A stretch of 64,000 nucleotides of DNA from Eutreptiella sp. 'Long Island Sound 2002' (lineage: Eukaryota > Protista > Euglenida), in the NCBI GenBank assembly GCA_964036045.1, contig OZ038378.1, forward strand, positions 24,056,001 through 24,120,000, given 5' to 3'. Made by a program: the position numbers and the translations under genes. The notes beneath the pieces were generated by a model that worked only from the letters and a program-made list of their open reading frames with translations, was not told the origin of the DNA and did not search any database. Below, piece after piece: positions 1 through 10,799 of the stretch; position 1 is the stretch's first letter; every line of letters starts with the position of its first letter.

Positions 1-7
1 TACATAA

Positions 8-32
8 CCCTGCGTGCGCGCTACAGGGTATT
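8..32 (+). repeat. Left terminal inverted repeat (25 bp, first 14 bp perfect)
   Basis: Inverted match to 5906-5930; only 7 bp of outside flank lie in the window. Confidence 0.75.
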
Positions 33-195
33 GCCGCGCGATGGCTCAGTGCGCACTACAAAACTATAGCGCGCAGCATAGCGCGCGCTATGGCTCGGGG
101 TCTTGGGTTTGTAACCCCATGTCCTAATAAGCAGGGCAAAAACGCCTATTTTTCTAAAGTTTCAGATGCTTCCGGCACCGCATGTGACGCTGTCA

Positions 196-2087
196 ATGTC
201 AGGGAAGGTTGCAAACATTTTGGGCCCCCACTATGGGTGGTCCCTGTGGAAGAACGAGGACCTTTTGGCGGACCTAGTTGAGTTTTTTTGCTCAGGGTCT
301 GCCGTCCAACGCTCTTTGTGGGCCAGGTTGGAAAAAAGGGTCCCCGTGTCTGAAGCAGAGAAGAAGCGTCGCAGGACCGAGGCTGCCAACGCCGTCACAC
401 CCCTGTCGGTGGTGGACTTGGTCCTGCTCCTGAAGATTCCAAGAAGAAGGTATTATTGCTTACGCTTTGCATGTGACATTGCGCGCACTTCCGCTCATAG
501 CACGCGCTTCGTTGACTTCTGCGCGCGCTACGTCCCCATGTTGCGCGCGCTATTTTCCTCAGGTACAAAGATTTGATTACTTGGACGAGAAGTAAGGTCC
601 CCACACACCTTTTTTCTCTCCCCTCCTATGCTAGTTTCGCCACAGAATGGAACCAGCTTGCAAGTAGGCAGCATTTACAGGTTGCCGTGCAAACAGATGG
701 GGTTACAAATCAACCCAGCCCCCACGTGGATAAGACCCGTTCTGGTTGTATCGATCCCGCCGCGGCGCAGCCCTCGCGAGGCTGCCCTGGGGTCACAGTC
801 TTTTCGCAGTGGCCCCTGCAGCACTTTTTTGACTATATATTTTTCTTTTGATTCCATTGTTTCTAACCTCCAATACCCCAGGGAGTGCCCAGCAGAGCTG
901 TGGATCATTGTGAGGGGGGATGGGTTGCCTTGTGGGGGGGAATCGTGGTGCCACATGTCCATTTCCTTTGCCAACCATGGTCACTTGGCAAGGACGTTGT
1001 CCTACCACTGGACTGTTAACGTCGCCCTTTGTGGTGAGAAGTCCACCTCTGTGTTGTCCCAGGTCTGGGCTAACAATCTTGCTTTTCTGCAGAGTGCCCT
1101 TGACAGTGGTGTGGTTCCCATCCGGGGTGCATCCAGACGGTGTAGGATTTTCTGCGGTGGGGATAGCCCTTGGCTGCGTCGGTTGTCCGGTGTCACTACA
1201 CATTGGATGGCAGGTAGTCTGTTCACTTACATGACGTGGTGCAAGTCCAGTGCAACGTGGTTGCAACAGGATGTGGATAGAACCACCGAGCGAGATGAGC
1301 AGTTGTTAGGGCTTATTGCACCTGGGGCCAAGTGCAGGCCCATGGATATATTTGGTGTTGTCCAGAGCAGGTTGTTGAAGGTGCCTCTGAGGCGGCGTCA
1401 CCTTATACCATGTGTTCTGCACCTTCTGATTTTTGTAGGGAGGCAGGTCACTGCCTGGTACGCAGATTGGCCAAGTCTGTGCGTCCCAGTACCAGGGTCC
1501 CTGTTCAGGCTATTTTTCACAGGTCTGGTTGTCACATAGCACTACAGGGGACGGCAGAGCCAGATGGGGAAGAGACTTGGTGCTTTCTAAAGGTTTGGGA
1601 GGACCTGGCCCCCCTCCTTGGGGGTGACATGAGAATGCACACAGCAGTGGTTGCCATGTACATACTACTGGGGGACATGTATGGCACAATGTTTGAAGAG
1701 GGTGCATTGCAGGCTCCAGAGGTTGCCCAGGCTTTCCAGAGGTGGGTTTGTCCAGCAATAAGATCACCTTATATTAACTGGATGTTGCACGATGCAACAG
1801 TCACTATTCAGGCCATAAGGCCCTATGGCCTAGGAATGTTTTCGGGGGATCTTTTGGAAGGGAGCAACAGGGTGCTGAAGGACATTTGGTCCTCCTTTTG
1901 TGATAGAGGTGGGGGGGCAGGAACCCTGGTGTCGCGCCGCATTAAGATGCTCAGGCAGGTTAATGAGCGTCTGTTCCTGTACTTTGAAGTACCAAGGTGG
2001 AATGGGAACTCCAGAAGCAACCTGTGCAATGCACAAAAATTGGGTGACGAGGTTCGGGCATATTTTGCGGATGAGGAACTGTGGTAG
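196..2087 (+). CDS. RAG1/Transib-like DDE transposase, ~590 aa, 2 exons, two single-base frameshifts as assembled
   Basis: Exons 196-449 and 563-2087 with GT-AG intron 450-562 (an alternative ATG lies at 166). An extra T in the run at 840-844 and a missing G near 1457 join ORFs 573/628/1332. Motifs in RAG1 order: IIVRGDG (D600-like), FCGGDSPWL (D708-like), PCVLH (DALH-like), SPYINWMLHD..YGLGMFSGDLLEGSNRVLK (cf. RAG1 TNYFHKTLAH..GSIGAWASEGNESGNKLFR, E962). Confidence 0.8.
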
Positions 2088-2371
2088 CGCGCGCTATTTG
2101 TTTTTTAGCGCGCACTACGTGCTATCTAGTGCGCGCAATGACCACTATCGCGCGCGCTATGCTGTTTTCAAGCGCCGGAACCCTTGAAATCGCGATATAT
2201 AATTGGAAGTAGCGTGCTATGACTACGCACTTCAAATGTGCCTCCCATTTGGAATGCATTGATTTGTTCCTTTTCGTCCGTTTTTTTTGGTGCTTTCGAT
2301 TTTTTTGTTACTGCATTTTCCTTTTTGTATTACTGCTGGAACAGGGGTACTTTAATGTAACCCTCTTGCCC

Positions 2372-5300
2372 ATGCAGCCCACGGGCTGGGGGTATCCGCC
2401 TCCTGCAGAACCGCCAACAACTGGTGCAGGGGCCACACGAGCAGGTGCGACACCGCAACCACCGCCACATGCAGCTGTACAACCGGGACTGCAGCAGCCG
2501 TCCACGACGCCGTGGAGCATGCAGCCACAGGTACTTGCCGTGCGCACTACTGTTTCCGTTGCGCGTGCTACGCTCTTGTTGTGCGTGCTAGCTGTCTCGT
2601 TGTGCGCACTACGCACGTCCTCGTTGCGCGTGCTTTGTCCTGTTTTCCGCAGACGCTGTTCCAGCAGCTGACCCAGTTCTCCCCAACTCAGCCTCTGTGG
2701 CCCGCGCCACAGTCCCCGTTACGAGCTGCCTCACAACAGCTGTCTCCCATGCTGTTCCCCGTTGGGTCGCCCACCTTGGGCTCCCCAGTGCGCGGCAGTC
2801 TTCCAGTGGGCCAAGTGCAGCAAGTGCTCTTCGGGCCACTGCAGCAGCAGCAGCAAATGCAGCAGCAGCAAGTGCAGGCTGCGGCCCAGCAAGTCGGCAG
2901 CCCAAAACAGCAGCAGCAGCAGCAGCAGCAGCAGGTCCAACTAAGACAGCAGCAACCCCAAGTGCAAGCACAGTTTCAGTTCTCCCCACCCGGGCCACGT
3001 AAGGGCTTCGCCTTCAACAGCGACTTCAAGAACCGAATCTGGCCCAACCAAAACAGCACCATCTGCGCCCAAGGGCCCAATTGGGCATGGCTGAAGGACG
3101 TGACACCGGCCTACCTCTTCGAGGTGGCCTTCTACAAGTTCTGGCGCCAAAGGGCCACGGCCATTGCCAAGATCCCAGACGGAGCCGTGAAACCCTGCTA
3201 GCATGACGAGAGCATTACTGGCACCTGGTGCAGTCTGGCGAACCTGTTGAACCCCTCCATGCCAACCCAAGAAGGACAAGCTGCCTGTGGAAACTGCAAG
3301 GTGGAGGAGTACGAGCTGCTGTTCTCGTACTGGGAAAGTTATGGGTGGGGTCATGTTCGGACCCACACGCCTCCGGGTGCCACCGCAAAGACCGTCCACC
3401 ACTTCTACTTCAACAAGGACCCACCGAGCTTCATCAACGCGACCGACGCGGGGGCAATGGCCTTCAAGAACGAGTGCGCCTCGGTGAGAAGTGCGGGTGC
3501 CACTTTGCTGCGGGGGTCAGCCAAGAAAGGAGCCAGTGCCGCAAGGGCACTTGCAACCGGCGCCAAAGTCAAAACCACGGCGGTCAAGGACGAGGAGCAG
3601 CCGCAGCAGCACCAAGTGCAGCAGCAGCAGCTCCAACAGCAGGCAGCCGTGCAGCAGGCAACACTGCAGCTGCTCCAGCAGCAGCAACGGGTGCAGATGG
3701 CCCAGCAACAGCAGCAACAACAACAACAACTGGCACAGGCACAGGTACGCGCTATGTTTGCCATTGCGCGCGCTTTCGACATTGTTGCGCGCGCTTCATT
3801 TGTTGTAGCACGCGCGATTTGATTGTTTGCGCGCGCTACGGCCCTACCTTCTGTCCCATTGTCACGTAGGTGGGCAGCTTCGAGCAGCTTCTGTGCCTGG
3901 GATCCCGCAGAGGGCCGTTGATGATCAGCGTGCCCGCGGACATTGCCAGGCAGTCCAAGCATGCGGCCGACTGGCTTGACGGACAGAAGGAGCAAGGCCC
4001 CTCCCCGGTGCTGGCCCGGGCTAAGCGGCAGCTGGAGGAGCTGGAGGTGGACTGGGCCGGCGCCTTTGCCGTGCCGGAGACGGAATCCGTGACAGTCCCA
4101 AGGCCCAAGAAGAAGCGTACCGAGGAGCCAGCAGCCACCAGCCACCAGCCACCTACCACCAGCCATCTCCGCCTCCCACACCACTAAGCCCCCCCACCCG
4201 CCTGGAAAGGTCCTTGCCCAGAAGACTGCCGACCAGCAGCTGCTGGCACAGGCGGCACACAGAGTCCAACGTCAGGCGGAACAGGCCAAGAAGAAAGAGG
4301 ACGAAGCAAAGAAGAAGAAGAAGGAAGAGGAGGAAAAGAGGAAGAAGAAGGAGAAGGAAGAGGAGGAAAAGAGGAAGAAGAAGGAGAAGGAAGAGGAAGA
4401 GAGGAGGAAGAAGAAGGAGAAGGAAGAGGAGGAGAAGAGACGGAAGAAAGCAGAGGAGGAGAAAGCAGAAAAGGTAATGCAGCGCGCGCTATCGTAGTCA
4501 TTGCACGTGCTATGCATCTCGTCGCGCGTGCTATGCTTCGTACTGCGCGTGCTATGCCTGTGCTATGCCTCTGCGCTACTCTTTCCAGGCAAACAAGACG
4601 GCACCGCAGCAGGCACCCCAGCCGCAGCTCGCATCAAAGCCAACACCGAAGCAGCCTGTCCCAGTCCCAGACCAGCCACAAGAACAAGGAGGTCCGTGCG
4701 GTTCCACCCCAGCCAGTACGGCTCCCAAGGCCAAGCAGCAGAGCAGAGCCGACGCCGACAAGGAGGCAAGAGATGAGCTCATGCAGCGCCGAGATTGGTC
4801 CTACCAAAAAAGCTACAAGCCTCGGTGGATCATCTACTGCACCACTGCGATCGCGCCGATGATTGTGGAGGGAGCCGAAGTCAACCCAGCATGCGCCAGG
4901 GCCCCTCAGGACCACGTGGCCGTCATCATCCCCAACGATCAGTGGAGCCCCAGCCAACAAGGGGAGGAGGAGGAGGAAGAGGACGACTGGTCGGAGTTCA
5001 TGCCCAGCTGCCAGGTGTTCTCCGCCAAAAGCAAAGCGTATGAGGAGTTGGACAAGTGGCAGTCGTGGTGGGAGACATACGAGGCCGATGAAATTGTGGA
5101 CCTCTGCCCCGACCCAAAGACCATGAGGATGTCCCCGTCCAAGCCACCGACCCCAAAGAAGAAGAAGCCCCAAGGAGACCCACCAGCCCAGCCACCAGCC
5201 CCCCCACCAGAAGACAAGGGACCTGCCGAAGCTGCAGCACCAGCAGAAGCACCAGCAGCAGCTGCACAAAAAGAAGAGGCACCAGCCCCAGAAGCAGCAG

Positions 5301-5557
5301 CAGCAGCACAAGAAGACGACGCACCAGCCCCACCACAAGAAGAAGAGGCACCAGCGGCCGCGCCACAAGAAGGAGAAGGAGCAGCCCCCAAAGAAGAAGA
5401 GGCACCAGAAGGAGCAACCGCAGAAGGCGACCCAAGCCCACAAGAAGAAGGGGATGCAGCCCCAGCTGCCACTGGGGCAGAAGACCACAGACCCGAATGG
5501 GAGAAGGAGTGGGAGGCCGAAGTGGTGGTCCAAACCATTAAGGAGATCACTGAATGA
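2372..5557 (+). pseudogene. Second transposon gene, ~940 aa, 4 exons, Q-rich and E/K-rich, unknown function
   Basis: Exons 2372-2530, 2653-3744, 3870-4473, 4589-5557, joined by phase-0 GT-AG introns of 122, 125 and 115 bp. In-frame TAG at 3199-3201; +1 frameshift within a GCCACCA 7-mer repeat near 4130-4165. Confidence 0.7.
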
Positions 5558-5905
5558 CAGCGCGCGCTATACCTGGTATAGCGCGCGCCGTAAGGCTCAT
5601 AGCGCGCGCTGTAAATATGTTGCGCGCGCTACACTGTCTGTGCCCGTGAGGACCTGTACTGTTGCACACTTTTCAGACCTTTCAGACAGTGTTTTTGCAT
5701 GTGTTTTGGGTTGGATGAGCAACAGGGAATGTTTTTGAAAAGGAAGGGGTTTTTGAGAAACGCAGGACACTGGAAAAAGCATGGTTTTGAAACATTTTCC
5801 GGTTTTGAAAAATTTGAAAAACGGGACAATATAGCGCGGTAGAGCGCGCGCAATAGGCGCGCTATAAAGGTCATATTTTTGAAAATTTGCGCGCACTATG
5901 GAAAA

Positions 5906-5930
5906 AATACACAATTGCGCGCACGCAGGG
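5906..5930 (-). repeat. Right terminal inverted repeat
   Basis: Reverse complement of 8-32 (21/25), ending GCGCGCACGCAGGG followed by AA. Confidence 0.75.
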
Positions 5931-6242
5931 AAGTCATAGCTCTCATTCTTTGTGAGACGGATTGCGTCACATCATACTTTTCTTCCATAGATTGATTTTA
6001 GTGGACATTATAGTTTTCCTTCCCCCCCGAAAAACAAAATGACAAAAAAAAAGAGCAACCAACATCACCACATGCTACTACACATGCCCAAAACAATCAT
6101 TTCAGCGTTCGTACGATCCATCATTAAAGCAATACAAACTAAGGATGCATCATCCATAATGCATAATCGATATTTCCCAAAAAAAACAGCAAATGCAATC
6201 GGAAAGACATGAAAAAAAGAAAACATAAAAGAACCCATGGCA

Positions 6243-8079
6243 TTAGACTGGTGACTAGGCTTGGGAAGGACTCGCTATGCCCCTCCTTCCCAAGCCTAGA
6301 AATGCATGAAGTCCCTAAAAAATCGTTGCAGTTTTCGATATAACCTTGAAACCACCGACGCAAATATGTTGGGTGTTTCTTCTGCCTAAGCACACAAACA
6401 ACAAAAAATAACTGCAATTCATGTCGGAGCAAAATATAGATCATGTATGTCCCATTGCTTGAGGCTTGGTACTAGAACATTGTTGGTTGTACAAAGGTAT
6501 AGGTTTTATTGCCACTGTTTCGTTAAAAATTTATAGCCACAAAAATTGACCCTAAACCGATTTTTTTCCAAGAACAGCCACCGCTCGTTTCTTCATGACT
6601 CTAGCAATTGTTGAAGCCCTTACTCCAATGCTCCTATTGGTTTTCGTTTCGTCCCTCACGGAACCATTGGTTTGTGGGACCGTGGTTCATTCCAAATTCC
6701 GTGGTTTTCTGTGGGTGAGAACTAGCAACACAGGTATAAAACCCCCAACTTACAAAATACCTTAATTATAGCACTTGACGACGCCAACCACCACCCATTC
6801 TGAAACTTGTTGGTCCGTTTTGCACAACCATGTCCGCTCTGGTTCGTGACGACTTCATACCTGATCGCTGGAATGCCTTATGGAACAATCGCTGCAAAAA
6901 TTCTCAAAACGGTCACTCACAGCAGCGCTAAAAAAGTACCTTTTCACGTAATTTTTGCGCCGAGAATTCGGAGCTGCCAAATACTACCCCCCAGTCATTC
7001 TCTTCTACATCTCTCAACGATCGTAATGAGCTACTTTTCGAGGCCTAACTCCACGACATGTCCAAATGCCGCCCAAAATACGCGACCGCGCAACTTAAAA
7101 AAGCTGCTAAATGTCGAACCCCCAACGCATAAAACGGTTGCATTTTATGACCTCGCGGACCCAAATACCAACACAGCACGTGCTACAAACCACGAAGGAC
7201 GTTGATAAAAAGGGTTTGACGGAATGTGTATCCGGGGCTCCTCGCAGTACCACTTGGAGGGAGACGCATGATGGCTAAAAAACGGACCCTGTTTTCAGCG
7301 CTGACAGCATGCTCCAAAACCCTCCACTTGACGCCCCCCGTTCTATGACCATACGAACACAAGGTCAAAGCCACATAGTACACATCGAAGAGCAACAGTA
7401 GGGCTTCGATTTGGTCGGGGGGCAGCCGCGTAACTCAAGGTTGTATTCGCGCAGCGCCAAATTCCGTAAGGACCATGATCGGAAAAATGCGATTTTTCGC
7501 CAAAATCGCTCTCACTCAAACGGCCGTATCTCGGCGCCACCGGGTCGTTTAGAGCTAAATTTTTTTTTTCCGCGACCCCGGGAGCTGTCCGGAGATGATG
7601 ATGCCCAGATTGTGGCCAGATGAGCCACAGGCGCGGCGCCATTCCTGTTGCCAATTGACCCGCGTTTCGAAAATGGACGTTTTTTCGCAACTTGAACCCT
7701 TCGCCAAACTGCGAAATCGGATCCGTTTTTCGAAATTCCAAATGCCATATGGATCATTTTTCGATGCCGTTCACAAAAATGCAGTCGAAATCGGATTTAC
7801 TGAAATTTCATTTTTCGCGATTTTTAAACGGATCTCGGGATTCTGGCCAGTAAAAAAAAAAGCCCCAAAATAACATTGTAGGGCCCGAGCTGCCATCCAC
7901 AAATATGCCTTTGGTTTGTCCGAAACTTCGTTCGTTGCCACCTGTACGGCAGCACGAATCCGTAAACATAATCAGCGGGGTCAGCTTCACAGCTGAGCGT
8001 CGCAGGCGGCCGCGGAGCCCCTCCCCCGCGGCCGGATAGCGAACGGCGGGCCTTCCGGCCCAACGGCAACAAGCGCTGA
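6243..8079 (-). mobile_element. Non-autonomous Helitron-like element, copy 1
   Basis: On the minus strand: starts A|TC at 8079; ends with a 16-bp-stem hairpin (6255-6299), 8 nt, then CTAA|T at 6243, matching the Helitron A|TC...hairpin-CTRR|T pattern. No coding capacity. Confidence 0.55.
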
Positions 8080-8584
8080 TGGGAAGCCCGGCCCGCCCAC
8101 CCGCGACAAGACCCGGCGGGATAGTGGTATAAGTGCTCGTGGTGGTGGTATACGTGGTGACGAGCAGTAGTGGAGGCAGTAGCATATCTACCATTGTACC
8201 ATCTCGCTTGACACCATTCAATAGACCTACGTCCTATTCTCTGACAATACCTAATCAGCACAATTGACGGATAAATATACTCGGTTCATAAGTCTCGTTC
8301 ATGGTATGTACCTAATGCTAAGTGACACCTTGTTTAATGAATGAATTTCAGTGCATATTTCATGCTATTATCACATCAACAAAATTGTGCGGCACCAAGA
8401 ATATCAATGCATGCTACACTAGCTATGCACAATGTCTCCTTTTGCCTCTTAGCAATCAAGTAAAAAAGAAAAAATCAGAACAAGAAAATAACACATCGAG
8501 CAACAGTAGTTTACCTATTTTACACAAAGCAAAAGCAAAGAAAAAAAAAGACAAGAAAAATAAAGGATAACCCAATTGATGTCA

Positions 8585-10459
8585 TTAGCTTTGTGACTAG
8601 GCTTGGGAAGGACTCGCTATGCTCCTCCTTCCCAAGCCTACAAAGGCCGAAAGTATCAGAAGTTTCGCTGCGTACCAACAAGTACACGTTTTATTACGCT
8701 GATTTTAGTTGAAAACGAGGATTAAAAAACCCGATCTTCAGGCAAAATGAGTTCAAGGTAGCCTATAACCGGTCCCCATATCTCGTTACAATACCTCTTC
8801 ACCTTTCAAACGAGCCCAACGGTTCGTTCCAACTCAACGGTATGATGGACAATGACCTCCGACAAATGGGACCATGAACTCCAAATTGCTACTTTTCACC
8901 AAAATGCAAAACCCCCATTGCTTATGACTCCGGGCCAACGGGGCTTGAATGGGCAAACAATCGATCTTTTGCATTCTTCTAGGTCCAAATAACTCCATTA
9001 TGCTTGGTTGAGGACTTGGTTACCTATGTGCTTCCAACCTGACTACGTGCCGACGGGTACACGTTTTGACGTGGCAGGGTATGCACAACATACACCTGAT
9101 TTTACCTAAAAATGACCACCAAAGACGCAATTTTTGCGTGAAATGGGTGTGAGACGGCCTGTGGCGGGTCCTATTATCCTTTTAGGACATGTTCTCAGCT
9201 TTCAAACGAGCCCAACACCTTGTTCTAACTCCACGGTATGTTGGAGAAGGAGCTCCGACGAATGGACCCACAAACCGAAAATGTCCATTTTTGACTAAAA
9301 TGCGAAACCCCCGGCTGATATATCTAGGGGCCATTGGGGGTACACCGGGCAAACTAATGGCCTTTCCCCTCCTTCTAGGTCCAAACTACTCAAATATGCT
9401 TGGTTGAAGCCCCAAGAAAGCATGCGGATGCAACCGGAACTCCGGGGGGGAGACCCATGATTTTGGTACGCAGGTGTTGTGACAGCACCCAAAAACGCAG
9501 CTTAAAAAGCACGTATCTTTGAGTTTTCGCCCCCATGTGCTCTCTATAGAGGCCATACGGACGTAACATTGCTTATACCCGTTCCATTGGACCCATACGG
9601 GACTAGTTTGCACAAAGGTTGAATCCCTAGGCCGGGATATAGCACTTTGACAAGGCTGTACAATGGAGACAACAACCTTCTCTAAGTACTGTTTTTTCTA
9701 CCGTTTGTACCCTCTTTCTAGGCATCAAGAGGAGGACGGAGTGGTCAACCTTGGGGATTTTCACATCATTTGGGTGCAAATGAACTTGGATTGTCACTTG
9801 GTTCGTTGCTAGACCCTCGTGGTTTCGCTACAATAGGCCTACGAAACAGGCCAAAATGGCCAAACTGAGCCTATTGTATAAAAACTTGAAAAAATCATAT
9901 CTTTGGCCTACCGGCTCGAATTTTGATAAACCGAAAGCCAAATCTGGGTAGTTTGTGACGCTGAACACGAATATCTAGTCAAAACTCCGGCGTCGAACAC
10001 GCTGCTGGCGGAAATCGACGATCGGTGTTCCGAAACAGTGATTCGTGCAGTTTTGCGAAAGTCCGATTTTACAGCATTTTTCAGGCTTTAAAACCCTTCA
10101 CATTCATGGGCTTAAATCGAATTTTCGTCAACTCTAGCTAGGTGCTGAGTTCCACAGGAGAAATGTCGGCGACAGCCATTGGTCACGCGTGCGCGCCGAT
10201 TTTTGACCAGAAATCCGGATCCTGGCCAGTGAAAAAAAAGTCCCCTATACAACCTTGTAGGGCCTGTCCTGCCATCCACAAATATGCTTTCGGTTCGTCC
10301 GGAACCTCGTCCGTTGCCATCATTACGGCAGGGACAATCTCTAAACATAATCAGCGGGGTCAGCTTTCCAGCAGAGGGTCGCACGCGGCCGCGGAGCCCC
10401 TCCCCCGCGGCCGGATAGCGAACGGCGGGCCTTACGGCCCAGGGGCAACTAGAGCCAAA
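8585..10459 (-). mobile_element. Non-autonomous Helitron-like element, copy 2
   Basis: Same hairpin (8598-8640) followed by CTAA|T at 8585. A ~240-bp module (10205-10450) is clearly homologous to 7835-8070, at nearly the same spacing. The 5' TC is not evident. Confidence 0.5.
8790..9410. repeat. Diverged ~400-bp-period internal duplication
   Basis: CTTTCAAACGAGCCCAAC...CTTCTAGGTCCAAA...ATGCTTGGTTGA occurs at ~8805-9015 and ~9198-9407. Confidence 0.7.
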
Positions 10460-10799
10460 TTGAGGAAAGGCTTTAAATCTAGACTTACATCCACAAACCT
10501 GCCTGAAATTGAGCTGAAATCAGTGATTTGCACACACATTGCAGTTCATAACAGGCAACGCAAAGCGTGTGCAGAGCAGTAATGTGCCAATAGATAAAGC
10601 AATTTGTGTGGAACGGAAAACCAATCCACATTCATGGCCTATTAGTGTACATCAAACTATAAGTATCGTCCACCAGACCCCATACGTAAGGTAGCAAGAG
10701 ACGTTAGGGATAGTCGACTCATTGTCAGTCCACAATGCAAGAGCATTCAACGCCTGGTACCAGGAGTCTGCCAAAAATTGACTCCATGTTGGGGGATTC

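Larger units (their letters stand above)
8..5930 (+). mobile_element. TIR-bounded two-gene DNA transposon with a RAG1/Transib-like transposase
   Basis: 8-21 CCCTGCGTGCGCGC is the exact reverse complement of 5917-5930, and the match extends to 21/25 bp (8-32 vs 5906-5930). AA flanks both ends (6-7, 5931-5932). The interval holds a DDE transposase and a second multi-exon gene. Confidence 0.8.

Noticed and set aside
2372-5557. RAG2-like gene
   Set aside because: No kelch repeats or PHD finger, and tandem rather than convergent orientation.
6255-6299. Rho-independent terminator (also 8598-8640)
   Set aside because: No U-tract or upstream gene, and the eukaryotic context fits a Helitron 3' hairpin better.
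10385-10452. HDV-like ribozyme (P1 stem plus GCCCCT/AGGGGC pseudoknot)
   Set aside because: No room for P3/L3, no J4/2 catalytic strand, and the pseudoknot pairing is absent in the 7835-8070 copy.
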